41,011 nucleotides of DNA, taken from the NCBI GenBank assembly GCA_947628985.1, contig CANRCA010000003.1:1-41011 (forward strand). The letters are read 5' to 3'. Both the position numbers and the translations under genes were made by a program. Position 1 is the first letter of the stretch. Every line of letters begins with the position of its first letter. The DNA comes from an uncultured Bacilli bacterium. Lineage in GTDB: Bacteria; Bacillota_I; Bacilli_A; RF39; UBA660. This document shows positions 22,924-32,702 of this stretch, in pieces. Below the pieces are notes generated by a model. The model made no database searches. It was given only the letters and a program-made list of their open reading frames with translations, and was not told where the DNA came from.

Positions 22924-23856
22924 TTATTCAATATATGATATTTGTTTATAATTTTCTGGAAATCCCATTCTATATAATACCTTATCAATTTTAATAGAAT
23001 TTAATTTTGAAGATAACCAATCTATTTCATATTCAATTTCATTCATCATCATTTTAAAATCATTATATGTTAACATATGTTTTAAAATAATTATTAATGC
23101 AAAAATATCATGTTTTCCATAGATATATTCATCTTCTACTTTTGGTATATCAAGTTCATAATGAAATCTTGTATCATCAATACTTTTTTGTGTTTCATGA
23201 TTATATAGTATATCTTCATGAGCACATAAATTTCTATAATTAGATAAAATTGTAAGATAATCTCCTAAAGATTCTGAATTAATATTTGAATAGTATGACG
23301 CTATTTCATTTTTATCATCTTGTTTTAATACTGAAAATAGTTCACTTACTAATCCAAAACTTAATACTTTAACTCCTACCCATAATGGTATATATCCATA
23401 ATTATTTATATAATGACTTGTTGCTGTATGTTGGTACCCATTAATTCTTATTTGTCTTTTTATTTTTCTTATTAAATCATTTATTTGTCTATTTTTTTCT
23501 TTTGTTCTATCAAAATTATCAGGATTTAAATAATCTTTTTCTTTATATCCATATTTTCTACTTAAAACATAACTAAATATTGATTTATAGTTATTTTCTA
23601 CAATTAATAAATTTTTAAAAATTATATTTCTAAAATATCTATCAAATGAAAATAATGCATATAATTCTTCAAAAGTAGATCCTGGAATAAATTTTTTAGA
23701 ACCATTTATTAAAAAAGGAGAACGATATCCATTCAAAAAGAAATAGTTTTCTCTTAAAAGTATAGTTTTTGCTTTATCATAATCATTTATAGTAAGCCCT
23801 TTACTTTTTAATATATCTAATTGTTCCTCAATTGTTTTAAATACTTTTGCAGCCAT
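22924..23856 (-). CDS. Abi_2 (AbiD/AbiF-like) HEPN-domain protein
   Basis: FKTIEEQLDILKSKGL, YFFLNGY, LFSFDRYFR, IPLWV...SFG, RNLCAH (R-X4-H); ATG at 23856 is 7 nt after AGGAG. Confidence 0.88.
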   Translation of the reverse strand: MAAKVFKTIEEQLDILKSKGLTINDYDKAKTILLRENYFFLNGYRSPFLINGSKKFIPGSTFEELYALFSFDRYFRNIIFKNLLIVENNYKSIFSYVLSRKYGYKEKDYLNPDNFDRTKEKNRQINDLIRKIKRQIRINGYQHTATSHYINNYGYIPLWVGVKVLSFGLVSELFSVLKQDDKNEIASYYSNINSESLGDYLTILSNYRNLCAHEDILYNHETQKSIDDTRFHYELDIPKVEDEYIYGKHDIFALIIILKHMLTYNDFKMMMNEIEYEIDWLSSKLNSIKIDKVLYRMGFPENYKQISYIE

Positions 23857-23927
23857 ATACACTCTCCTATTGTAAATTATATCATTTAATAAGATTTTTT
23901 TAAATGATTTTTTTATAATTTAACACT

Positions 23928-23955
23928 AAAAAAGTTCGACTTGTATCGAACTTTT
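23928..23955 (-). terminator. Intrinsic terminator of rplM-rpsI
   Basis: AAAAGTTCGA-6nt-TCGAACTTTT hairpin with U tract. Confidence 0.85.
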
Positions 23956-23975
23956 GAAACATTGAAATAATTATA

Positions 23976-24371
23976 TTAACGTTTACTAAATTGTGGTGCT
24001 CTACGTGCTTTCTTAAGACCATATTTCTTTCTTTCTTTAATTCTTGAATCACGAGTAACCATTCCATTTGCTTTTAATACTGGTTTACTTTCTGCATTTG
24101 CAAGAATTAAAGCTCTTGTAATACCTAATCTAATAGCACCTGTTTGTCCTGAAAATCCTCCACCTTTAACTACAACATCAATATCATATTTATCTTTATT
24201 TTCTGTCATTTCTAAAGGTTGAACTAAATCCATAACTAATGTTTTATAAGGCATGTATTCATTAACATCTTTTCCATTAACAGTTATATTTCCTTTTCCA
24301 GGTACAAGTGTAACTTTAGCAACACTTCTTTTTCTTCTGCCAATAGCAGTTATTTTATTTTTTTCTGCCAT
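23976..24371 (-). CDS. rpsI: 30S ribosomal protein S9
   Basis: [34 protein letters not shown]. Confidence 0.98.
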   Translation of the reverse strand: MAEKNKITAIGRRKRSVAKVTLVPGKGNITVNGKDVNEYMPYKTLVMDLVQPLEMTENKDKYDIDVVVKGGGFSGQTGAIRLGITRALILANAESKPVLKANGMVTRDSRIKERKKYGLKKARRAPQFSKR

Positions 24372-24372
24372 A

Positions 24373-24804
24373 TTACTTTACCTCTAAACTTTCTGGCTTT
24401 TGAGCCTCATGTTTATGTTCACTTCCAGCATAAACAAATAATTGTCTATACATTTGTCTTCCTAATCTATTTTTTGGAAGCATTCCTCTAACTGCTCTTT
24501 CAACCATTTCTACTGGATATTTTTCTTTCATTTCTTTAGCAGTTCTCTCTCTTAATCCTCCTGGATATCCACTGTGATTATAGTACATTTTCTTATTTAA
24601 TTTGTCTCCAGTTAAATTAATTTTTTCAGCATTAATAATAATTACATTATCTCCACAAGCTAAATGTGGTGTATAAGTTGGTTTATGTTTTCCTTTTAAT
24701 ACATGAGCTGCAGCTACTGCAACTTTACCTAAGTTCTTACCCTCTGCATCAATAACATACCACTTATGTTCAATGTTTTCTTTCTTTAACATAAATGTTT
24801 TCAT
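24373..24804 (-). CDS. rplM: 50S ribosomal protein L13
   Basis: [30 protein letters not shown]; real start MKTFM at 24804. Confidence 0.98.
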   Translation of the reverse strand: MKTFMLKKENIEHKWYVIDAEGKNLGKVAVAAAHVLKGKHKPTYTPHLACGDNVIIINAEKINLTGDKLNKKMYYNHSGYPGGLRERTAKEMKEKYPVEMVERAVRGMLPKNRLGRQMYRQLFVYAGSEHKHEAQKPESLEVK

Positions 24805-24893
24805 AATTTTTCCCTTCTTTGATTTCAATGCTGTTATATTTGCAACTATAACTCTCTTTCCCACAGAGATTGCATCCCCATCAAAATGTACCG
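24805..24893 (-). promoter_or_regulatory. Structured 5' leader of rplM, probable L13 leader
   Basis: Relatively GC-rich leader of about 90 nt with short stems (UCUCU/AGAGA, GUUAUA/UAUAAC) between promoter and rplM; L13 leaders are known in Bacillota. Confidence 0.5.
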
Positions 24894-24898
24894 AAAAT

Positions 24899-24927
24899 AT
24901 TATATAAAAAGTATATTACAATGTCAA
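24899..24927 (-). promoter_or_regulatory. Sigma-A promoter of rplM-rpsI
   Basis: TTGACA-17nt-TATAAT on the minus strand. Confidence 0.88.
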
Positions 24928-24999
24928 ATATTTTTTTCATATTTTACTTGATTTTCTATTATTTTTTACTATTTTTCACTTTTTAAATACATAATATGC

Positions 25000-25029
25000 T
25001 TGACAATCATTATATATCATTGATAAAAT
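25000..25029 (+). promoter_or_regulatory. Sigma-A promoter of the secreted repeat protein gene
   Basis: TTGACA-18nt-TAAAAT with extended TG. Confidence 0.7.
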
Positions 25030-25054
25030 TATTATGATAATGGAGGAACAAAAA

Positions 25055-26119
25055 ATGAAGAATAAAATAGGGATAGCATTAATAGCAGTATTATTTGTAG
25101 CAAGTAGTGCAGCTGCTGCAACTGGATATATTTATGATAGTAAAAGGGTAGAAAAGAATCCAAATTTACCAAATAATGAAAATAAAATTACATATGAATA
25201 TTATTTAGAAGATGAACTTCAAGAACAAATGCCAGTAAATCCAGACATAACAAATGAAGATGGAACTGTTACTAAGGATAATGTTTATAGATTTTCTAGA
25301 TATGTTTGTACAAATGATGTAACTGGTGAATTTAACAATGAAACTTGGACTTTTACACCTAGTGAAGAAAAAGAAAGTAATTGTAGCTTATATTTTGTTA
25401 ATTCTTTCTATGATGTTACATTAGATGTAAGAGGTGGGGTTGCAGCTGATGTAAATCCAATTAAAGTTGAAAGAGAAAGTGACAGAGATTTCATAATAAC
25501 TCCTGATGAAGGTCATGAATTTAAAGAAGTAACTTGTACAAATGGAAAAGAAGCAAAATGGGATCAATCAACTAATACATTAAATATTAGTGCTATTACT
25601 GAAAATTTAGCTTGTACTGTTATATTTGGAACTCAAGATTTAAAAGTAGATATAACTGTTAAGAATGGAAATGGTACTACAACTGAAACAGCTGGTTATG
25701 GTGAAAGTGTTAGTGCTATAGTTCAACCTAGTGAAGGATATGGAAATCCTAAAATAGAATGTACTAATAATCAACAAGCCACATTTGCTGATAATAAATT
25801 ATCAATAGAAAAATTAACAGATAGTACAAAATGTACTGTAACATTTAGTGAAGCAGCTCCTAGTACTTATAAATTATCAATAATTAATATTCCTAACGAA
25901 GTTACTATTACACAAGGTAGCAACGGACAAGATATACAAGAAGGAAAAGATGGAGGATTTACATTAAAACCAGCTGATGGATATGATTTGGCACTAGATT
26001 GTGGTGGTGTTGCACCAAGTTCAACTACAGTTAATTCAGATGGTTCTATTACATATAATTTCTTAGCTATTAAAAATAATATAACTTGTAGTGTTACAGC
26101 AAGTTTAAAAACTAATTAA
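25055..26119 (+). CDS. Surface protein with tandem repeats of about 70-80 aa (divergent InlB B-repeat-like)
   Basis: Start MKNK after GGAGG; N-terminal signal/TM; repeats with (T/Q/K)PxxG(Y/H)...C...CxV. Confidence 0.75.
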   Translation: MKNKIGIALIAVLFVASSAAAATGYIYDSKRVEKNPNLPNNENKITYEYYLEDELQEQMPVNPDITNEDGTVTKDNVYRFSRYVCTNDVTGEFNNETWTFTPSEEKESNCSLYFVNSFYDVTLDVRGGVAADVNPIKVERESDRDFIITPDEGHEFKEVTCTNGKEAKWDQSTNTLNISAITENLACTVIFGTQDLKVDITVKNGNGTTTETAGYGESVSAIVQPSEGYGNPKIECTNNQQATFADNKLSIEKLTDSTKCTVTFSEAAPSTYKLSIINIPNEVTITQGSNGQDIQEGKDGGFTLKPADGYDLALDCGGVAPSSTTVNSDGSITYNFLAIKNNITCSVTASLKTN

Positions 26120-26124
26120 AAATT

Positions 26125-26148
26125 AAGTTTTCGAAAGAAAACTTTTTT
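26125..26148 (+). terminator. Intrinsic terminator
   Basis: AAGTTTTC-GAAA-GAAAACTT followed by TTTT. Confidence 0.8.
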
Positions 26149-26185
26149 ATTGATTTTATTTAATTAAAATGATAAATTATTGTTT

Positions 26186-27172
26186 ATGAAATGGAATATT
26201 AAAAATTTAAAATTTGATAATAATGTTATATTAGCTCCAATGGCTGGTATTACAAATCATTCTTTTAGAAATATAGTATCTCAAATGGGAGCTTGTTTAG
26301 TATATTCTGAAATGATTAGTTCAGAAGCTATTATAAGAAATAATAAAAAAACATGGGATATGATAAATAATCAAGATGAAAATAATTTAGTAATACAAAT
26401 ATTTGGTGGAAACAAAGATACAATGGCAAAATCAGCTAAACTAATTTGTGAAAATATTAAAAATGTGTCAATGATTGATATTAATATGGGATGTCCTGTT
26501 CCTAAAGTTGCTGTAAGATCCCAAGCAGGTTCTAGTTTACTAAAAGATAAAAATAAAGTTTTTGAAATAGTTAATGCTGTTGTAAATGCAGTAAATGTAC
26601 CAGTAAGTGTTAAAATAAGAGCAGGATGGAATAATGATAATATTAACTGTGTAGAAATTGCTAAAACTATTGAAAAAGCTGGTGCTAGTGCTATCGCTAT
26701 TCATCCAAGAACTAGAGAACAAGGATATAGTGGTGTAGCTGATTGGAATTTAATAAAGCAAGTAAAAGAAGCTGTGAATATTCCTGTAATAGGTAATGGT
26801 GATATTAAAAATATATATGATGCTAAAAGAATGTTAGAAGAAACAAAATGTGATGCTATTATGATTGGAAGAAGTACTATAGGTAATCCTTGGATTATAA
26901 AAGAATGTATTGAATACTTAAATAATAATAAAGAAATAGAAAAACCAAATTATAAAGAAATATTAGATATGTTAGTATATCATTATAATTTATTAAAAAA
27001 AGATACATCTATAAGAAAAGCAATTTTAGATATCAAACCACATGCTCTAGCATATTTAAAAAATATACCTAATACTAAAGAATTAAAAAAAGAGTTAGCA
27101 TTAAGTAAAACTGAAAAAGATTTTATGAATTGCATAGAAAAATTATATAATCATATAGAAAATTTAATATGA
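26186..27172 (+). CDS. dusB: tRNA-dihydrouridine synthase
   Basis: LAPMAG, DINMGCP, VSVKIR, HPRT, GNGDI, MIGR...GNPW. Confidence 0.94.
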   Translation: MKWNIKNLKFDNNVILAPMAGITNHSFRNIVSQMGACLVYSEMISSEAIIRNNKKTWDMINNQDENNLVIQIFGGNKDTMAKSAKLICENIKNVSMIDINMGCPVPKVAVRSQAGSSLLKDKNKVFEIVNAVVNAVNVPVSVKIRAGWNNDNINCVEIAKTIEKAGASAIAIHPRTREQGYSGVADWNLIKQVKEAVNIPVIGNGDIKNIYDAKRMLEETKCDAIMIGRSTIGNPWIIKECIEYLNNNKEIEKPNYKEILDMLVYHYNLLKKDTSIRKAILDIKPHALAYLKNIPNTKELKKELALSKTEKDFMNCIEKLYNHIENLI

Positions 27173-27182
27173 AAAACTTATG

Positions 27183-27220
27183 AAAATACTAGAAATTATT
27201 GTAAATCTAGTATTTTTTTT
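27183..27220 (+). terminator. Probable intrinsic terminator after dusB
   Basis: AAAATACTAGA-12nt-TCTAGTATTTT plus T tract. Confidence 0.65.
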
Positions 27221-27248
27221 ATATAATTAAAATTAAGGAGGAAATAAA

Positions 27249-28682
27249 ATGAAAAAGACTGGATTATTTAAAATAATCATGTTTATACTACTTGGTATAA
27301 CAGTAGCAACTTGGATTTTTTCAGCAAGTTTATATAGTGATGGAACTATGGGTGAATTCGGTATAAATAATATTGGATTCTTTCAATATTTTTTACTCTT
27401 ATCACGTGGTTTTATATATGAATATTTTGTACACACATTCTTATTAATCATTAGTGTTGGTGCTTTATATTCTGTATTATTAAAAACTGGAAAATATAGA
27501 ACTTTAGTTGAAAAAATCAGTAAAAAATTTAGAGGAAAGGAATTAATATTCTTAATTGCAAGTTCATTTGTAATTGCTATATTATCATCTGTATTTGATT
27601 ATGGATTTAATTTATTCATATTTATTCCATTTATAATAAGTATTATATTAGCAATGGGATATGATAAAATTACAGCTTGTGTAGCAACATTTGGTTCACT
27701 TCTAATTGGTACAATTGGAAACACTATTGGTTCTGATACAGCTGTAGTTGCAAATGAATTATTATCAGCAAATTTAGGCAATGGAATAATATTTAAAATT
27801 GTTTTATTTGTTTTAGCATTTGCTGCATTAATATTCTATTTATTTAAGGCAAAGATTGATAAGAGAGCAAAATATGAAGAAGAGGATGTATTCTTAGAAG
27901 AAGATGTTAAAGGTAAAGGATCAGTATTACCAATAATAATTGTATTTGGATTATTATTTGTATTCCTAGTATTAGGATGTACTGATTGGGGAAGCCTTAA
28001 CGTTAATATATTTACTGACTTAAATGATAAAGTTATTAATTATACTCCAAATCTACCTTACTTAAATATTACAACTACAGGTATAGATAGTGGTGCTAAA
28101 GAAACAGCTATATTTGCAAACTTATTTGGAAATTTCTCTGCTTTTGGAACTTGGGGATGCTTTGAAATGTCAATAGCCTGCTTAATATTTACTTTAATAT
28201 TAGGTCTTTGCTATAGAATTAAATTTAAAGATATTTTTGAAGCTATGCAAAAAGGTGTTGCTAAAGTATTAAAACCAGCATTTATGGTATTATTAGCTTA
28301 TACTGTTTTATACTTTGCTGCAAATACTTTATTCTTCCCAACAATAGCATACTGGATACTTGGAATTACTAAGAAATTTAATTTATTATTTAGTTCAATT
28401 ACATTAATTTTAGCTTCAGTATTCCATGTAGATTTCTTATATGTTGCTTCATACTTTATACCACAAATTTCCGCTATGGGAGTAGATGCTGATGTTCTTG
28501 GTATTTTATCTCAAGGTATGTATGGTGTTACTATGTTTGTAGCTCCAACAAGTGCTTTACTAGTTTTAGGTTTAAGTTATCTTGGAATATCTTACAAAGA
28601 TTGGCTAAAGAGAACTTGGAAATTAGTAGTTGCTTTACTTGCTATAGTAGTATTAGTTACAGTATTAGCAATGTTAATATAA
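27249..28682 (+). CDS. YfcC/DcuC-like (ion transporter superfamily) membrane transporter
   Basis: About 12 TM; MGYDKITA and PTSALLVLGLSYLGISYKDWLK resemble YfcC motifs. Confidence 0.7.
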   Translation: MKKTGLFKIIMFILLGITVATWIFSASLYSDGTMGEFGINNIGFFQYFLLLSRGFIYEYFVHTFLLIISVGALYSVLLKTGKYRTLVEKISKKFRGKELIFLIASSFVIAILSSVFDYGFNLFIFIPFIISIILAMGYDKITACVATFGSLLIGTIGNTIGSDTAVVANELLSANLGNGIIFKIVLFVLAFAALIFYLFKAKIDKRAKYEEEDVFLEEDVKGKGSVLPIIIVFGLLFVFLVLGCTDWGSLNVNIFTDLNDKVINYTPNLPYLNITTTGIDSGAKETAIFANLFGNFSAFGTWGCFEMSIACLIFTLILGLCYRIKFKDIFEAMQKGVAKVLKPAFMVLLAYTVLYFAANTLFFPTIAYWILGITKKFNLLFSSITLILASVFHVDFLYVASYFIPQISAMGVDADVLGILSQGMYGVTMFVAPTSALLVLGLSYLGISYKDWLKRTWKLVVALLAIVVLVTVLAMLI

Positions 28683-28704
28683 GTTAAATATAAAAATATT
28701 GATT

Positions 28705-28735
28705 AAAGTAAAGTTATCAAAGCTTTACTTTTTTT
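28705..28735 (+). terminator. Intrinsic terminator
   Basis: AAAGTAAAGT-7nt-GCTTTACTTT plus T tract. Confidence 0.75.
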
Positions 28736-28779
28736 ATTTTATTTGGAATTAAATTATAAAATTAACTCATAATATTAGT

Positions 28780-30114
28780 ATGATAACTTATGAAAATGAT
28801 TTATTAAAAATATTAAAATCAAGTGAAATAGAAGCTAAAAAATTAAATCATCAATATGTTGGTACAGAACATTTTTTATTAAGTATATTAAATTCTGATA
28901 CAATATATAAAACTTACTGTGATAGTGTTAATTTATATTATAATGATGTATTAAATGAAATAAATAAAATTAAATCAAATAGAACAAGTAATGAATTAAT
29001 TTATACTCCATTACTTAAAAGATTAATTATTATTTCTACAAAAAATAATATAGTTACATTAAAAGAAGTATTTTTAAAATTAATAGAAAATTCTGAAGGA
29101 ATTGCATGTTCTATTATAAATAATTTAAATATTGATATTAAAAAATTATATAAAAAGATTAATTCTAATCAAAAATTAACTTTTGGTACAAATTTAAATG
29201 AAGAAAATCAAATATATCATGAAAATATAATTGGAAGAGAAAATGAATTAAATGAAGTAATAGAAGTATTATGTAGAAAAAACAAAAATAATCCTTTATT
29301 AATTGGACCAGCTGGTGTAGGTAAAACAGCTATTATTGAAGAGCTTGCTTATAGAATAAATAAAAATAAAGTTCCAAATGAACTTGTTAATAAAAAAATA
29401 ATTTCAGTAAATTTAGCTGAATTAATAAGTGGAACAAGATATAGAGGAGAATTTGAAGAAAAAATGCAATCAATGATAAAAGAATTTGAATCTAATCCAA
29501 ATCTTATATTATTTATTGATGAAATTCATACTTTAATTGGTGCTGGTGGCGCTGAAGGTGCAATTGATGCTTCTAATATTTTAAAACCATATCTTGCAAG
29601 AAATAAAATTAAATGTATTGGTGCTACTACTATAGATGAATATAATAAACATTTTTTAAATGATAAAGCTTTAAATAGACGTTTTTATCCGATAGATATT
29701 AAAGAACCAAATTATAAACAAACAGTTGATATTTTAAAAAATACAAAGAAATATTATGAAAAATATCATAATGTTAAAATAAATAATGAACAAATTAAAT
29801 TAATTGTTGATTTATCAAGTAAATATTTAAAAAATAGATATGAACCTGATAAGAGTTTAGATATTTTAGATAAAGTGTGTACTAAAGCTAAATTATTAAA
29901 TAATAAAAATGATTATTTAAATCAATTAAATGAATTAATTAATCAAAAAAATTTATATATTAAAAATAAAGATTTTAAAAATGCTACTAAATTAAATAGT
30001 AAAATAAAAAAATTAAAAAATAATAAAGATAAAATTGTTGTTAATAACTTGTTTATTAAGAATTGTTTTGAATCAAATGTTGATAAGATGTCAATTGGAT
30101 TTAAAATATGTTAA
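28780..30114 (+). CDS. Short ClpC/ClpA-family ATPase (N domain plus one AAA+ domain)
   Basis: VGTEHFLL, IIGRENE, RKNKNNPLLIGPAGVGKT, GTRYRGEFEE, FIDEIH, ALNRRF; no second AAA domain. Confidence 0.9.
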   Translation: MITYENDLLKILKSSEIEAKKLNHQYVGTEHFLLSILNSDTIYKTYCDSVNLYYNDVLNEINKIKSNRTSNELIYTPLLKRLIIISTKNNIVTLKEVFLKLIENSEGIACSIINNLNIDIKKLYKKINSNQKLTFGTNLNEENQIYHENIIGRENELNEVIEVLCRKNKNNPLLIGPAGVGKTAIIEELAYRINKNKVPNELVNKKIISVNLAELISGTRYRGEFEEKMQSMIKEFESNPNLILFIDEIHTLIGAGGAEGAIDASNILKPYLARNKIKCIGATTIDEYNKHFLNDKALNRRFYPIDIKEPNYKQTVDILKNTKKYYEKYHNVKINNEQIKLIVDLSSKYLKNRYEPDKSLDILDKVCTKAKLLNNKNDYLNQLNELINQKNLYIKNKDFKNATKLNSKIKKLKNNKDKIVVNNLFIKNCFESNVDKMSIGFKIC

Positions 30115-30166
30115 ATTACTTATACATTTCACAATTACGTGATACAATATGTAATAGGTGATGAGA

Positions 30167-30832
30167 ATGGATTTATTATTAATATTTTTAATTATATTTA
30201 TACCAATAATAGCACAAATAAAAATAAATGGTGCTTATAAAAAATACTCTAAAGTAGATAATAGTATGAATATTACAGGAAAAGATGTAGCTAGAATGAT
30301 ATTAGATAAAAATGATCTTCAAAATATTACAATAGGTCAAATTGGAGGTAATTTAACAGATCATTATGATCCTTCTAAAAAGAATATAAATTTATCTCAA
30401 GGTATTTATTCAGATAAATCGGTTGCTTCTGTAGCAGTTGCAGCTCATGAAGTAGGTCATGCTATTCAAGATAAAGAAAATTATGGCTTTTTAAGAATGA
30501 GAACAGCTTTAGTACCAATTGTTAATATTACTTCAGGAATAGCTTCATATTTTGTATTTTTTGGGTTCTTATTTGAAGCATTAAATTTATTTTATATTGG
30601 TATAGCCCTATTACTTGTTGGTTTATTATTTCAACTTGTTACTTTACCAGTTGAATTTGATGCATCAAGAAGAGGAATAATTGAACTTAAAAAATGTGGA
30701 CTTGTAAGTACTACTGATGAAGTTGGAACTAAAAAAGTATTAAAGGCTGCAGCACTTACTTATGTTGCTGGATTTTTAGCTATGGCTCTTCAAATTATAA
30801 GATTAATTTTAATTAATAGAAACAATAATTAA
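30167..30832 (+). CDS. Membrane zinc metallopeptidase (YugP / Zn_peptidase_2 family)
   Basis: LTDHYDP, AAHEVGHAIQ (HExxH), TLPVEFDASRR, AAALTYVA. Confidence 0.92.
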   Translation: MDLLLIFLIIFIPIIAQIKINGAYKKYSKVDNSMNITGKDVARMILDKNDLQNITIGQIGGNLTDHYDPSKKNINLSQGIYSDKSVASVAVAAHEVGHAIQDKENYGFLRMRTALVPIVNITSGIASYFVFFGFLFEALNLFYIGIALLLVGLLFQLVTLPVEFDASRRGIIELKKCGLVSTTDEVGTKKVLKAAALTYVAGFLAMALQIIRLILINRNNN

Positions 30833-30844
30833 ATTTGACAAACA

Positions 30845-30870
30845 AAAAATGCAGGTAATTCTGCATTTTT
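30845..30870. terminator. Bidirectional terminator
   Basis: AAAAATGCAG-6nt-CTGCATTTTT between convergent genes. Confidence 0.85.
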
Positions 30871-30886
30871 ATTTTCTACTTTTATT

Positions 30887-31099
30887 TTATTTTGTATATG
30901 GTAATAATGCCATATATCTAGCAATTTTAATTTGATTTGCAATGTGTCTTTGATGTTTAGCACATGCACCAGTCATTCTTCTTGGTAAAATTTTACCTTT
31001 TTCATTAATATATTTTGATAAAATTGCTACATCTTTATAATCAACTGATTTTCCAGCACACATTTGGCAAATCTTTTTTCTTCTATAAAATTCAGCCAT
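30887..31099 (-). CDS. rpsR: 30S ribosomal protein S18
   Basis: [30 protein letters not shown] (Zn-binding form). Confidence 0.98.
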   Translation of the reverse strand: MAEFYRRKKICQMCAGKSVDYKDVAILSKYINEKGKILPRRMTGACAKHQRHIANQIKIARYMALLPYTK

Positions 31100-31113
31100 T
31101 ATTTTTTTCCTCC

Positions 31114-31599
31114 TTAAAATGGTAAATCATTATCGCTTAATGATACCTCTTTGTCATAATTTTCATATGGATCAGAGTTAGGAATATCATATTCTGGCAT
31201 TATATCTATTGGATCAGGACTAGGAGCATCAATAGGTTCATCTACAATACTTGGTTGTACTTGTGATGAATTATTGTTATCACTCTTTCCTCCAACAAAT
31301 TCTACATTATCAACTACAACTTCTGTAACATATCTTTTTGTTCCATCTTGAGCATCATAATTTCTAGTTTGTACTCTTCCTTCTAAACAAATCATATTTC
31401 CTTTTTTAAAATATTTAGATATAAATTCAGCTGTATTTCTAAATGCTACACATGGTAAGAAATCAGCATCATAATTTCCATCTTTATTTTTAAAATTTCT
31501 ATTAACAGCTACAGTAAAATTTGCAGTAGCAAAGCCAGTACTAGTACTTCTAATTTCTGGATCTTTAGTAAGTCTACCTACTAAAATAATCTTATTCAT
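31114..31599 (-). CDS. ssb: Single-stranded DNA-binding protein
   Basis: [17 protein letters not shown] fold, C-terminal DLPF. Confidence 0.98.
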   Translation of the reverse strand: MNKIILVGRLTKDPEIRSTSTGFATANFTVAVNRNFKNKDGNYDADFLPCVAFRNTAEFISKYFKKGNMICLEGRVQTRNYDAQDGTKRYVTEVVVDNVEFVGGKSDNNNSSQVQPSIVDEPIDAPSPDPIDIMPEYDIPNSDPYENYDKEVSLSDNDLPF

Positions 31600-31602
31600 A
31601 TA

Positions 31603-31890
31603 TTACTCCTCTTCTCTTATGATAATATGTCTTAAAATGTTTTCATCAATTTTTGCTTTACGATCAAATTCTTTTACTGCATCAGCTGTTGCTTCTACAT
31701 TAAATACGTAATAATTTCCTCTTAATTGTTTGTTAATAGGATAAGCAAGTTTTCTTTGTCCCATATCCTTTGTATTGACAATTTTAGATTTCATATCAGT
31801 TAAAACTTTTTCAAAAGTTTTTACAGTATCTTTTTGTGTTTTTTCGTCAATATCAGTCTTAACAATAAACATTATTTCATATTTGTTCAT
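31603..31890 (-). CDS. rpsF: 30S ribosomal protein S6
   Basis: KYEIMFI, GQRKLAYPI; rpsF-ssb-rpsR order. Confidence 0.98.
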   Translation of the reverse strand: MNKYEIMFIVKTDIDEKTQKDTVKTFEKVLTDMKSKIVNTKDMGQRKLAYPINKQLRGNYYVFNVEATADAVKEFDRKAKIDENILRHIIIREEE

Positions 31891-31947
31891 TATTACACCT
31901 CCTTTTGGTCTATACGGCTTCTATAAGAAGCAAGGAACTTTCGTTCG
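31891..31947 (-). promoter_or_regulatory. S6:S18 autoregulatory leader RNA
   Basis: Minus strand UUCCUU-GCUUCU-uau-AGAAGC-CGUAUAGACCAA-AAGGAGG: anti-SD pairs with SD, with a CCG-containing internal loop; TGnTATAAT just upstream. Confidence 0.75.
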
Positions 31948-32023
31948 AAAGTATTATAGCACACAATATTCTATTTAACAATATTTTTTTTCAAAAAAAA
32001 TATCAATAAAATTGATACTTTTT

Positions 32024-32671
32024 TTAGTTTTTAGTTTTTAATTTTTTTAATTCATCATAGTACATAATTTCAGCAGTAATCATATATGGTAATACCCATA
32101 TGTATAAAATTCCAAATGTTAATGCTGATAAAATCATCCATCCTATAAAGCTTAATTGGAAAACAAAATAATCCCATTTATAACCTTCCATTAATTCATT
32201 ACTTTTCTTAAGAGGACTTTCACTATCTAATTCTTCTGGTGTTGACTCTGCTAAAATATAAGTTAACATTGCATATTTTAAAGCATAAATAATTCCTGGT
32301 ATTACTAATAATAATGAAAATAAAGCAATTATTACATTAGAAACAATTATTGCTCCAATTATTTTCCAAATATATTCTTTTTTATATTTAGATAATAAAG
32401 CTTCTTTTAAATCTACTTCTTCTCCTCTAACTAACTTTATATAATATTGAACAAGTCCAACACTTAAAGGTAAAAGAAATAAATCTAATAATGTAGAAAT
32501 TACATAATATAGAGGACTTTCATCACTAATATTAAATATACCTGCAAATAATCCTAAAACAAATCCAATTGCAAAAGTTATACCTGCTACTAACAAAGTT
32601 CCTTTCCAAAAATTCCATTTGTTATTAAATCCAAATTCTTTAGCTTTTGCTTTTATTTCCTTTCTATTCAT
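32024..32671 (-). CDS. DUF975 family membrane protein
   Basis: MNRKEIKAKAK, LLLVIPGII, SNELMEGYKWDYFVFQLSFIGW, WVLPY. Confidence 0.9.
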   Translation of the reverse strand: MNRKEIKAKAKEFGFNNKWNFWKGTLLVAGITFAIGFVLGLFAGIFNISDESPLYYVISTLLDLFLLPLSVGLVQYYIKLVRGEEVDLKEALLSKYKKEYIWKIIGAIIVSNVIIALFSLLLVIPGIIYALKYAMLTYILAESTPEELDSESPLKKSNELMEGYKWDYFVFQLSFIGWMILSALTFGILYIWVLPYMITAEIMYYDELKKLKTKN

Positions 32672-32702
32672 TTTTTCACCTCCTTATCTTATCTACTATA
32701 TA

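Noticed and set aside
24805-24864. N-terminal extension of L13 in the ORF track
   Set aside because: Lies in the mRNA leader; the ATG at 24804 has an SD-like sequence and gives the normal length
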